From Candidatus Peribacteraceae bacterium (GTDB lineage Bacteria; Patescibacteriota; Gracilibacteria; Peribacterales; Peribacteraceae), in the NCBI GenBank assembly GCA_035290085.1, contig DATDVK010000110.1, forward strand, positions 1 to 33,411: DNA of 33,411 nucleotides. The letters are read 5' to 3'. This document shows positions 15,957 through 24,701 of this stretch, piece by piece (position 1 is the stretch's first letter; every line of letters begins with the position of its first letter). The notes below the pieces were generated by a model. It was not told where the DNA came from, ran no database searches, and worked only from the letters and a program-made list of their open reading frames with translations. A program made the translations under genes and the position numbers.

Positions 15957-16990
15957 GCTTGTGCTGTCACAGCGTGCCCTCGCAGGCTGTACTGTCCGTA
16001 CGTGAGGTAGCGAGGGGTGCGCGTATCGGTTGGGAGGAGCACTCCATCGCGGAGCATGGTGAAGAGGAATGCATCGGAGCCTGCTCCGGAACCGTAGGAT
16101 ACGAGGAGAATTGTCTCTCCTTCCTTCGCTTTCTGCAATACATGTGCGAGTCCCAGGGGGGAGCAGGCACTGTAGGTGTTGCCAATGCGGGGCACGATGA
16201 ACCCGTGTTTCATCTGCTCTTTCGTGAATCCGAACTCCTTGGCGATCTTGCTCGGGAACTTCGCATTCGGCATGTGCAGGATGACATGGTTTACATCTTT
16301 CACGTCGCATTCCGCCGTATCCAGTATCCCTTTCGTTGCCTCGCGCACGTGGCGGAAATACGCAGGCTCGCCGGTGAAGCGCCCGGCATGGCTGGGGTAC
16401 TTGTCATGGGCGCCGCGCCAGAAATCGGGAGTGTCGGTGGTGAAGGAGAGTGTGTAGTCAATACGGCAGAGTGCGTTTTTTGAGCGCTCCGGTCCTATGA
16501 CGAAAGCAGCGGCACCCGCGGCGGCTGTGTATTCCAGGGCATCGCCGGGGGCTGCCTGTGCCGTGTCGCTTCCGATGGCAAGCCCGTAGCGGATCTGCCC
16601 TGCGCGCACCATGGAATCCACGATCTGCATGCCGGCCGTACCCGCTTTGCAGGCGAATTCCAGGTCTGCACAATGGCAGAACGGATCGAGATCCAGCGCA
16701 TCCGCCACCATGCCGCTCGTGGGTTTGACGGCGTACGGATGGCTCTCGGATCCGACGAATGATGCGGAGATCTGTGACGGCTTCACTCCGGCGATTTCTA
16801 TCGCCTGTTTGGCTGCCTCGTACGCCATGGTGAAAGTGTCTTCCCCTTCGCCGGGGACCGTTTTCTCCTGCACTCCCAGCCCACTCTCAATGGCATGGGC
16901 ATCCTGCTGCCATTCCGCAGCAATGTCTGCGGTGCGGATGCGGTCACTCGGCAGGTACATGCCAAAACCGATGATGGCAGATTTGCTCAT
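15953..16990 (-). CDS. mvaS: Hydroxymethylglutaryl-CoA synthase, archaeal type
   Basis: 345 aa. Motifs GSESHPYAVKP, DLEFACKAGT (catalytic Cys) and HMPNAKF, with context between HMGR and thiolase. Confidence 0.88.
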   Translation of the reverse strand: MSKSAIIGFGMYLPSDRIRTADIAAEWQQDAHAIESGLGVQEKTVPGEGEDTFTMAYEAAKQAIEIAGVKPSQISASFVGSESHPYAVKPTSGMVADALDLDPFCHCADLEFACKAGTAGMQIVDSMVRAGQIRYGLAIGSDTAQAAPGDALEYTAAAGAAAFVIGPERSKNALCRIDYTLSFTTDTPDFWRGAHDKYPSHAGRFTGEPAYFRHVREATKGILDTAECDVKDVNHVILHMPNAKFPSKIAKEFGFTKEQMKHGFIVPRIGNTYSACSPLGLAHVLQKAKEGETILLVSYGSGAGSDAFLFTMLRDGVLLPTDTRTPRYLTYGQYSLRGHAVTAQA

Positions 16991-17026
16991 TTATGGCAGT
17001 GTAGCAGACCGCAGCGAAAAATCAGC

Positions 17027-18226
17027 CTATCTGGCATGTTTTTTGTGGGCAGACGCAAGGGTCTGGTTGGCCTGCGCAGCGAGAAGTGAGATTTCCCCTG
17101 CGAGGACTGCTGCTCCTATACTCTCAGCAAGCTGCCTGCAGGGGTGGAGAGACGTGCGGTTCTTCAGGAGCATCTGCAGGCACTGGTTCTGTGCAGGGAG
17201 GGCCGTGCCGCCGCCGCGGACGCCGATGAGCAGAGCAGGGAGGCGGGTGGAAACAGCGAGATCATCACCTCGGAGCTCCACAGTCGTATCTGCGAGCGAG
17301 CCTTCTACAACGTGTGCCGCGTCCTGGCCGGTTGCCAGGTACAGCGCAGCAATGACATTGGCAGCATGGAGGTTCGCTCCGAGTGCTCCTGCAATCTCCG
17401 ATCCTTCTCTCAGTTTTGCGTCCGCGACTGCCGCCATATCTGTTGCAGTTGTCTTCAGCATGGAGGAGATCACTGTACCGGGGATGAGTGTCTTGGCTGT
17501 CACTTCGTACCCGCGGCCGCGGTCATGCGTCCGTCGGCTCGGCTTCTTATCACTGTCGACATTCCCGGCGATGGTGATGAGGCGGGGGGAGTAGTCCTGC
17601 ATGTTTTGAACGATCCAGTCGCCCACTGCCTGTGCTGCAATCGTCACCATGTTCATGCCCATGGCTTCATCTGTGTCACAGAAGAGTGTGAGGAACACGT
17701 ACTGCCCCCTCACATCGACATCGGAGTCCATCACATGCAGATGGCTGCTCGTTGCCTCTGCAATTTGGCTCCATTTGGCTTGCAGATCCTGTAATTTTTT
17801 GGTGAACATTTGTACACCATCCGTGCTCTTTTCCCTCTTATTCTCACCGGAAGCTCCACCGATCTGAAAAGCGATGGACCGGGTCATGCCGTGGTGGGTT
17901 GAGAGCGTGTGTACGTCCGTCTCGCAGAGCACTTTGCACCCCCGATTGATGCTCGCGACGAGTGCGCCCTCGGTGGTGGCGAGCGGCAGGTGAACGGTTG
18001 TCTTCTCACCGGAGCTGCACAGGAATGTGAGCGGTCCGGCGTACCCAACAGGCAATGGAACCATGCCGAACATCTGTTCACAGTTTTTTTCGTCTGCTTC
18101 GCCGGCATGTTCATCGTCTGTGCGCGTGTGTGTAAGATCGAGTTCCAGTTCCTGCTCCAAGCGTCTGCGTCTTTCATTGCAGCGTTCACCGGGGGAGAGG
18201 CCGTCTCTGAGGTTCCGTAAGTCCAT
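17027..18226 (-). CDS. mvaA: HMG-CoA reductase, class I
   Basis: 399 aa. Motifs PLATTEGALVAS, DEAMGMNM and IGVRGGGT. Confidence 0.9.
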   Translation of the reverse strand: MDLRNLRDGLSPGERCNERRRRLEQELELDLTHTRTDDEHAGEADEKNCEQMFGMVPLPVGYAGPLTFLCSSGEKTTVHLPLATTEGALVASINRGCKVLCETDVHTLSTHHGMTRSIAFQIGGASGENKREKSTDGVQMFTKKLQDLQAKWSQIAEATSSHLHVMDSDVDVRGQYVFLTLFCDTDEAMGMNMVTIAAQAVGDWIVQNMQDYSPRLITIAGNVDSDKKPSRRTHDRGRGYEVTAKTLIPGTVISSMLKTTATDMAAVADAKLREGSEIAGALGANLHAANVIAALYLATGQDAAHVVEGSLADTTVELRGDDLAVSTRLPALLIGVRGGGTALPAQNQCLQMLLKNRTSLHPCRQLAESIGAAVLAGEISLLAAQANQTLASAHKKHAR

Positions 18227-18242
18227 GTTCCACTATTGTGGA

Positions 18243-18270
18243 ATGGAAAATGAAAAATGGAAAATGGAAA
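18243..18270. repeat. Tandem heptamer ATGGAAA x4 (one ATGAAAA variant) in the HMGR upstream region
   Basis: Read directly: atggaaa atgaaaa atggaaa atggaaa. It abuts the palindrome TTCCAC-tatt-GTGGAA at 18228-18243. Confidence 0.8.
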
Positions 18271-18317
18271 AACAGGCAATTCTGAGTACAGCCGCTCGAG
18301 CATTTTCCAGGGGTTTC

Positions 18318-18812
18318 CTAAGAAAGCAGCTTCAGCATCAGATGCATGCGATCGATGTATCCTGCTCTGGCATAGAATTCGTGCGCGGAGATGTTCGGGG
18401 CGAAACAATCGACAAACGCGCAGGTGCACCCCTGTGTGCGGAAATATTCTTCCATTGCCTGCATCAGGCGCGTGCCCAAGCCGGATTTGCGGTGTTCCGA
18501 GGTCACGATCAGTTCGAGGATGGAGCCACTCTTCGACGGGTATGATTCCAGTGAGTCGATTTCGTTCTGTTCGGAGATAATGCCGACGATACATCCTGCA
18601 ATGCGGTCATCCTCCTCTGCGACGAAGATATTCCCGGAGCACTTTTCCACCCGCTTAAGCGTGCAGTCGATGTATGCGTCACCGTTGAATGCCGGAAGAT
18701 CCCGCGTCCGTTTGAGCGTGTCAAGATCGGAGACGTACTTCTGTAGCTCTTTGATGCATGACTTGATGCTTTCTCTGTCCGATGGCCGGTACTCGCGGAT
18801 GACCGCTTCCAT
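18318..18812 (-). CDS. GNAT family N-acetyltransferase
   Basis: 164 aa. RKSGLGTRLM acetyl-CoA motif A, with GNAT length. TATCAT lies 6 nt before the ATG. Confidence 0.85.
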   Translation of the reverse strand: MEAVIREYRPSDRESIKSCIKELQKYVSDLDTLKRTRDLPAFNGDAYIDCTLKRVEKCSGNIFVAEEDDRIAGCIVGIISEQNEIDSLESYPSKSGSILELIVTSEHRKSGLGTRLMQAMEEYFRTQGCTCAFVDCFAPNISAHEFYARAGYIDRMHLMLKLLS

Positions 18813-18852
18813 ACCACAATGATAGCAGGAATATCTGTTGGATTTCTGTTAC

Positions 18853-18997
18853 CTGATACCACTTCGCGTTTAAAACCGCACAAATCATTTTGATGTATCA
18901 ACTCGCTGTTCTAGGCTTGAGTAAACGCTACGTGGCACGAGAGGAGAGAGTAATTTGTTCTCTGGTGAGTGTCTTTTTTGTTGCAACTTGGTATGAG
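18853..18997. repeat. 145-nt intergenic repeat, copy A
   Basis: It shares ataccacttcgcgttta, aaacgctacgNggNacNagaggagagag and ttgcaacttggNat blocks, in the same order and spacing, with copies at 28731-28876 and 31090-31233. The centre has diverged. Confidence 0.8.
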
Positions 18998-19029
18998 AAG
19001 GAAACACTCGTGCTCCGATTTCTCAGTGA

Positions 19030-20040
19030 TTAAGGGATCAAGCATGCACCTGGTCCTGTCTTTGTCTCGAAGAGGGCGCATCCTTCCTGTGCCCGTGCGA
19101 AGGCCAGCACCCGGTCACGTGCTTCCTCCGTGCAGAGCAGCTGGACCGTCGGGCCAGCATCCATGGTGTAGAATACGGGAAGGTGCTCGCTCCTGCGCAG
19201 CTCCGTGATGTCTCTCGTGATACGGTGCGTGTCCTCCGTGAGGTAGTCGAGGGGCGGCGTGCTCGTCCGCATCACATGGTGCATGTCGATGCAGTCTTCC
19301 TCTACCACGCGCTGTAACTTCTCAAAGTCCTTCGCGAGGACCGCATCGATGCACTCCTGTTGCCGCCAGTTCCTGATGGCTTGCACCCGGGCAGCGTAGT
19401 GCGGGCTGGTGTGTGCGGTCGCGTGCCCCTCCGTGGAGCCGATCTTCTTTTCCTGCAGGGAGGGGACCAGGATGATGTCGTGGAGAGCCCAGTGATGCTC
19501 GTCTGCATACTGTCTGCCGTAGGCGCTCCCGATTGCATCACTCTCTCCTGCGAGGAGTGCGGAGAAGCCCCCGAAGATGCTGCGGGCGGCTGAACCGGAG
19601 CCGAGCCTTGCAAGGACGCTCGTCTGCTCGTCTGTGAGCTCGATCGTTGGAAGGATAAGCCCCTGCAGTGCGCGGGCGAGGCAGCTGAAGACGGCGGAGG
19701 AGGAAGCGAGCCCGACAGCTGAAGGGATCTGAGAGCGCACGGTAATCGTTGCGGATGCCGGGAGGGCATCTCCAGCGCCGAGCGTGCGCAGGTACTGCCT
19801 GATGAGCTCCAGCGTCTTCCCAAAGCGCTGGATATGCGCTGTCCCGAGCTCTTTCTCCGAGCCGTCCGGGCTGAAGGAGCGCACGCTGAGGACATCGGCA
19901 TGGTCCAGTGTGATCTCCACGGTCGGACTATCGAGCGTCATGGAGAACGAGTCTGCCATGGGGAGCCGTAAGGCATTATTCCGGTTGCCCCAGTACTTCA
20001 TCCAGGCGCTGTTCGGTGTGGATCTTGCAGTGACACTCAT
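19030..20040 (-). CDS. mvaD: Diphosphomevalonate decarboxylase family (MVD; could equally be a phosphomevalonate decarboxylase)
   Basis: Motifs WMKYWGNRNNALRLP and VGLASSSA (GHMP). The start ATG at 20040 overlaps the MVK stop (ATGA). The track extension to 20292 overlaps MVK. Confidence 0.85.
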   Translation of the reverse strand: MSVTARSTPNSAWMKYWGNRNNALRLPMADSFSMTLDSPTVEITLDHADVLSVRSFSPDGSEKELGTAHIQRFGKTLELIRQYLRTLGAGDALPASATITVRSQIPSAVGLASSSAVFSCLARALQGLILPTIELTDEQTSVLARLGSGSAARSIFGGFSALLAGESDAIGSAYGRQYADEHHWALHDIILVPSLQEKKIGSTEGHATAHTSPHYAARVQAIRNWRQQECIDAVLAKDFEKLQRVVEEDCIDMHHVMRTSTPPLDYLTEDTHRITRDITELRRSEHLPVFYTMDAGPTVQLLCTEEARDRVLAFARAQEGCALFETKTGPGACLIP

Positions 20041-20873
20041 ACATTGAGAGTGGAAAAGTGTGTGGGGACTGCGCGCAGGATCTTCTTGTGGTCTTCGTGG
20101 AGCACCAGGAGCATACCCCCGCCTCCCGTACGCCCTCCGGCTCCGATGATCTTCGCGCTGCCGCCTGAGTTCTCTATCTTTTCCACGAGTTCCTGCACAC
20201 TCTTCGGAACCACGCCCAGTGCCACCTGAGCGCGATGATGCTCGCGCATCACATTCCCAAGGTCTTCTCCTTCCATCAGTTTCTCTGTGCAACGGCCGAT
20301 AGTCCTCAGTGCTGGTTCAAGTTTTTCTCTGCGCTCCGTAATCCATGCAATGAGTTCCGGGGTCGTCTCGTTCGGTGCCCCCGTATCTATGAGCATCGTG
20401 TTCTTGAGGAGATTTCGAGGAAGCTTGATTGTTTCCGGCTTGTTGTCTTTCTGAAAGAGGGTGGGGGTGTTGTTCCATATCACAGAGAAATCCAGACCGC
20501 TGTGCCCGGGGTTGAGCGCATTCTCAATCTCCAGTGCTTTTTCCCTGCAATCTTTCCCAAGCAAACATCGGGAAACAGCAATGACAAGTGCGGTGGACGA
20601 ACCCATGCCTTTTCTCAGCGGGATACTGTTCTCAATGGTGAGATCTCCGGAGCATTTGCCGCACTGTGCGATGATGTGTTTCAGGTACTCCTGCCACTCC
20701 GGTTCCCGTGCGATTCCATTCCAGTGGATCCGCAGGTCTCTTGTGTCTTCCTGATTTTCCAGCGTTACTTTCATCGTGAGCGGCGATGGTACGGCGATGC
20801 CGGGGTAGCCAAAGAGGACGGCAAACTCTCCTGAAAGAATAATTTTCCCCGGTGCGGATGCTGTGCGTTTCAT
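20037..20873 (-). CDS. mvk: Mevalonate kinase
   Basis: 278 aa. Motifs APGKIILSGEFAV and KGMGSSTA (GHMP motif), plus C-terminal GAGGRTGGG. TGGTATCCT lies 10 nt upstream of the ATG. Confidence 0.88.
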   Translation of the reverse strand: MKRTASAPGKIILSGEFAVLFGYPGIAVPSPLTMKVTLENQEDTRDLRIHWNGIAREPEWQEYLKHIIAQCGKCSGDLTIENSIPLRKGMGSSTALVIAVSRCLLGKDCREKALEIENALNPGHSGLDFSVIWNNTPTLFQKDNKPETIKLPRNLLKNTMLIDTGAPNETTPELIAWITERREKLEPALRTIGRCTEKLMEGEDLGNVMREHHRAQVALGVVPKSVQELVEKIENSGGSAKIIGAGGRTGGGGMLLVLHEDHKKILRAVPTHFSTLNV

Positions 20874-21010
20874 CTGCCTTCGCAGGATACCATTTCCGTG
20901 CTTGTATCTTGGAATACATTCTGTGGAATTACGATACTGCTATGGCAGATTGCGCATGTACACGATGGATTCTTCATGGTGTTATTTTATAGCTGCGGGA
21001 TTTGAGAGCT

Positions 21011-21694
21011 TCATCCTCCGAATCGTCGGGAACGCTCCGTGTACGCATCCACCTCTTTCGCCAGGTCTTGCGCAGTGAACTCTGGGAATTTCTTCTGAGG
21101 GAACGCCCATTCGCTGTAGGTGGATTGCCAGAGGAAGAAGTTGCTCGTGCGCTTCTCGCCCGAGGTGCGTATGATGAGATCGATGTCGGGGAGTTCGGGG
21201 TGATCCAGATGTTTTCGTACGGAATCCTCTGTCGCATCTTTGGTGCTTTGCATTTTCCGGATGGCGCGGATGACCTCGTCGCGTCCTCCGTAGTCCAGTG
21301 CGAGGTGCAGCGTGAACGCGGTCATCTGTTTGCTTTCCTCTTCTATTTCACCGATGAGAGTCGCCAGCTTCTCCGGAATGCGGTCTTTGTGTCCCGAGTG
21401 CACAAGGCGTGTTTGCTTCTCCCGGAAGAGGTTCCTTTCCTTCATGAGGTACTCCTCGAGCATTCCCATGAGCATCTCGATTTCTTTCACGTCCCGTTTC
21501 CAGTTTTCGGTGGAGAAGCACCAGATGGTCAGTACGGCAATGCGGGGATCCTTATGGCACCAGTCCGTGAGGGACCGGAAATTGGCCACTGCTTTCCGGT
21601 GGCCTTCCCACGGGTCCAGCGCATGCTTCCTGGCCCAGCGTCTGTTGCCGTCCGGAATGATGGCGATGTGCAGGGGGGTCGTTCTTTTTTCCAT
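21011..21694 (-). CDS. uppS: Isoprenyl transferase (undecaprenyl diphosphate synthase family)
   Basis: Motifs IIPDGNRRWA and RTSGEKRTSNFFLWQSTYSE. The ATG at 21694 is preferred; the track GTG at 21766 would add 24 atypical residues. Confidence 0.88.
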   Translation of the reverse strand: MEKRTTPLHIAIIPDGNRRWARKHALDPWEGHRKAVANFRSLTDWCHKDPRIAVLTIWCFSTENWKRDVKEIEMLMGMLEEYLMKERNLFREKQTRLVHSGHKDRIPEKLATLIGEIEEESKQMTAFTLHLALDYGGRDEVIRAIRKMQSTKDATEDSVRKHLDHPELPDIDLIIRTSGEKRTSNFFLWQSTYSEWAFPQKKFPEFTAQDLAKEVDAYTERSRRFGG

Positions 21695-21774
21695 TGCTGC
21701 GTGAAGTGTAGTGGCGTTCCGAAGGAGGAAGTAGAAGAAAGAGGGGATATCGGCTCTCCATTGCACCTATTCCC

Positions 21775-22290
21775 TCATTTGAGGAGTTGCCTGAGGCCGA
21801 GCGTGAACCAGGGAGCGTACGCATCCGGATTCCTTTTCATATCTGCGAGCACTTTCTCCACCGGCGTCCATTTCGTTTCAGCGATCTCGTCTGGGTCCGG
21901 TTTGGTGTCCTGATTTCCGTCCACATCTCCCCGGAAGAGCGTGACATGTTCATGTTCGACTCCCCGTCCGCCCGGATCCTCAGCGCGGTACACGAGGGTG
22001 CCGGCCTCCCGCAGGCTGCACTCGATGCCGCATTCTTCCCGCAGGCGCCTTTTCCCTGCTTCCAGTATCCCTTCGCCCGGGAGCGGGTGGCTGCAGCAGG
22101 TGTTTGCCCAGAGGAGAGGGAAGAGCATTTTCTTGCTGCTCCGCTTCTGCATGAGGATTTCTTTCCCATCCTTCCGGAAGACGTACACGGAGAAAGCCCT
22201 GTGGAGCTTCCCTTTCCCCGTATGGGCATCCACGATCTCTGCATGACCTGTTTCCTTCCCCTGTCTGTCTGTGAGTACGACGTTTCGCAT
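21775..22290 (-). CDS. idi: Isopentenyl-diphosphate delta-isomerase, type 1 (Nudix)
   Basis: 171 aa. Motifs HRAFSVYVF, WANTCCSHP and EHEH. Confidence 0.88.
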   Translation of the reverse strand: MRNVVLTDRQGKETGHAEIVDAHTGKGKLHRAFSVYVFRKDGKEILMQKRSSKKMLFPLLWANTCCSHPLPGEGILEAGKRRLREECGIECSLREAGTLVYRAEDPGGRGVEHEHVTLFRGDVDGNQDTKPDPDEIAETKWTPVEKVLADMKRNPDAYAPWFTLGLRQLLK

Positions 22291-22373
22291 GGAGCCACCA
22301 TGCTCTCCTCCTTTGCTCTGCTACGCAAGTTGGTACTACTATTTTCACGATTTCCCCGTTCCGTCTCCATCCG

Positions 22374-23651
22374 TTGGCGCAGCAGCTCAATGCCGTTCTC
22401 CGTGAGCAGCATCCTCCGCTCTTCTCGTTGCTCTCGAAGAGGGGGAAGGCTATCTATTTCCCGTTCGATGGCATCCTCGGCCAGACTGCAGAGGCGAAGG
22501 GGAAGAAGTACGATGCAACCATTGGCATTGCCCTGGAGGATGATGGGACTCCCATGCGTCTGCGGGCGATTGGTGCGCGCGTCGATCTGCCGCCCGGAGA
22601 GGTGTTCTCCTACGCTCCCAGCTTCGGGAAGAAGGAGCTGCGGGAAACGTGGCGGCGGATGATCCTTGAGAAGAATCCTTCTCTCTCCGCGGAGGTCAGC
22701 CTGCCTGTCGTCACCGGTGGCATTACGCATGCGATGAGCATAGTTGCATCCATTCTGCTCGATGCCGGCGATGAGCTGCTTCTCCCGGATCTGTACTGGG
22801 GCAACTACGATCTCATCTTCTCCCATATGTACGGGGCGGGGCTCCGGACCTTCCGCACATTCAAGGGAGGCTGGTTCGATACCGGGGCGCTCCGGTCCGC
22901 ACTCCGGCGGGGGAAGGGCAAGAAGGTACTTCTGCTGAATTTCCCGAACAACCCAAGCGGCTACACTCCCACGGAGGAGGAGGCGCAGCGCATCGTTTCC
23001 ATCATCCGCGAGCGTGCCGATGCCGGGGATACCATCGCCGTGCTTCTGGATGACGCGTACTTCGGGCTCGTCTACCGGGAGGGTGTTTTCCGCGAGTCGC
23101 TCTTCTCTCTGCTCGCAGATCTCCACGAGAGGGTTCTTGCGGTGAAGATCGATGGTGCATCCAAAGAAGAGTATGTCTGGGGGCTGCGCATCGGCTTCGT
23201 CACATTCGCTGCAAAGGGGATGACCTCCGCAGTGCGTGAAGCATTCGAGGCGAAACTTGCGGGTACGGTACGTGCCACCGTCTCGAGTGCCTCGCACCTC
23301 TCCCAGAGCCTGCTCCTTGCAGCCTATGCTGACGAGTCCTATGAGCGGGAGAAGTACGAGAAGTATGCCATTCTGAAGGATCGTTTCGAGGAGGCACAGC
23401 GCGTCCTCTCCGATCCGAAGTTCGCGTCGGTCTTCACGCCCCTCCCGTTCAACTCCGGCTACTTTTTGTGCGTGGAGCTGCGGGAAGGACTGGATGCGGA
23501 AGCCATCCGCAAAAAACTTCTCTCCGCATTCGATACGGGAGTGATAGCGCTCGGCAACAAGTTCCGCATCGCGTATTCTTCCCTTCCTGTCTCCGCCATC
23601 CGCCCCTTGTTTGAGAATCTCTACCGGGCGTGTTCAGCAATGAAGCAATGA
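22374..23651 (+). CDS. PLP-dependent aminotransferase, class I/II
   Basis: 425 aa. NFPNNPSGY and the GASKEEYVWGLRIGF Lys motif. TTG start, with TTGGTACTACTAT at 22330-22342 upstream. Confidence 0.85.
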   Translation: MAQQLNAVLREQHPPLFSLLSKRGKAIYFPFDGILGQTAEAKGKKYDATIGIALEDDGTPMRLRAIGARVDLPPGEVFSYAPSFGKKELRETWRRMILEKNPSLSAEVSLPVVTGGITHAMSIVASILLDAGDELLLPDLYWGNYDLIFSHMYGAGLRTFRTFKGGWFDTGALRSALRRGKGKKVLLLNFPNNPSGYTPTEEEAQRIVSIIRERADAGDTIAVLLDDAYFGLVYREGVFRESLFSLLADLHERVLAVKIDGASKEEYVWGLRIGFVTFAAKGMTSAVREAFEAKLAGTVRATVSSASHLSQSLLLAAYADESYEREKYEKYAILKDRFEEAQRVLSDPKFASVFTPLPFNSGYFLCVELREGLDAEAIRKKLLSAFDTGVIALGNKFRIAYSSLPVSAIRPLFENLYRACSAMKQ

Positions 23652-23671
23652 GCATGTTCTCTCTTGGAAGT

Positions 23672-23781
23672 CTGGGTTTTGAGTACTGGAATACTAGAAT
23701 ACTTGAGTACCTGAATACTTGATCACTTGAAATATCCGAGTATTCCAGTGCTCAAGTACTCAAGGGAAAAAACCCAAATAC
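23672..23781. repeat. Array of 8-nt GA(A/G)TACTT units that switches to the reverse-complement unit AGTACTCA, forming a ~100-nt imperfect palindrome
   Basis: Read directly: gagtactg gaatacta gaatactt gagtacct gaatactt gatcactt ... agtgctca agtactca ... aatactca. Inner arms 23679-23695 and 23739-23755 are complementary with 1 mismatch. Confidence 0.75.
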
Positions 23782-23784
23782 TCA

Positions 23785-24699
23785 ATGCTGCATATCCCAT
23801 ATTTCCTCTATACTGCAGCTCCTGTGCAAGGCAGGCAGAACATTCTCGGCCAAGACTTCGCGAAGATGCTGAGAGGCGGGGTCATTATGGATGTTGTGAG
23901 CGCGGAGCAGGCATGCATTGCGCAGGCTGCTGGAGCGTGTGCTGTCATGGCTCTCGAACGCATACCGGCGGATATCCGCACGCAGGGCGGGGTGGCACGC
24001 ATGAGCGATCCGCAGCTCATCCGCGAGATACAGGAAGCAGTCTCTATTCCCGTCATGGCGAAGGTGCGCATAGGGCATACGGCGGAAGCGCGCATCCTCG
24101 AGGCTCTTGAGATCGATTTCATCGACGAGAGCGAGGTGCTCACGCCGGCAGATCCTTTCGCACACATCGACAAAACACAGTTTCAGGTGCCGTTCGTCTG
24201 TGGCGCAACCAATCTCGGCGAAGGTCTGCGCAGAGTGGAGGAGGGGGCATCGATGATCCGCACGAAAGGCGAGGCCGGCACAGGAAATGTCATTGAGGCG
24301 GTGCGTCACATGAAAATTATCAGGAGTGGAATCGCATCGTTGAGTGAGATGAGAGAGGAGGAGCTTGCCACGTTCGCTTCCAGGGAGCGGATATCTCTTG
24401 GTCTTGTGCGGAGTGTGCGGGATGCAGGGCGTCTTCCCGTTGTCACGTTCGTTGCGGGAGGAGTGGCCACTCCTGCCGATGCGGCACTACTCATGCAGCT
24501 GGGTGCCGAGGGCGTGTTCGTGGGGTCCGGCATCTTCAAAGCAAAAAATCCGCGGAGAATGGCCGAGAGCATCGTGCAGGCAACCATCCACTTCAGCGAC
24601 CCGAAGAAGCTTCTCGAGGTATCCACAGGTCTCGGAGATGCGATGCCCGGAGAGGAGATAGGGGCAGTTTCTGTCCGTATGCAGGACCGCGGCTGGTAA
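23785..24699 (+). CDS. pdxS: Pyridoxal 5'-phosphate synthase lyase subunit
   Basis: Motifs [25 protein letters not shown] and a C-terminal RGW. An alternative leaderless GTG start at 23824 lies 10 nt after TATACT (23808-23813) and gives an N-terminal length like known PdxS. Confidence 0.93.
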   Translation: MLHIPYFLYTAAPVQGRQNILGQDFAKMLRGGVIMDVVSAEQACIAQAAGACAVMALERIPADIRTQGGVARMSDPQLIREIQEAVSIPVMAKVRIGHTAEARILEALEIDFIDESEVLTPADPFAHIDKTQFQVPFVCGATNLGEGLRRVEEGASMIRTKGEAGTGNVIEAVRHMKIIRSGIASLSEMREEELATFASRERISLGLVRSVRDAGRLPVVTFVAGGVATPADAALLMQLGAEGVFVGSGIFKAKNPRRMAESIVQATIHFSDPKKLLEVSTGLGDAMPGEEIGAVSVRMQDRGW

Positions 24700-24701
24700 G
24701 T

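Noticed and set aside
18969-19208. 79-aa plus-strand ORF starting at the TTGGTATGAG box of repeat A
   Set aside because: It runs antisense through the 3' end of the MVD gene and has an Arg/Pro/Ser-rich composition. If the box is active, the product is more likely an antisense RNA than a protein.
21837-23297. 486-aa minus-strand ORF spanning idi and the aminotransferase gene
   Set aside because: It overlaps two well-supported genes on both strands and has a low-complexity Arg/Gly/Pro composition. It is a shadow ORF.
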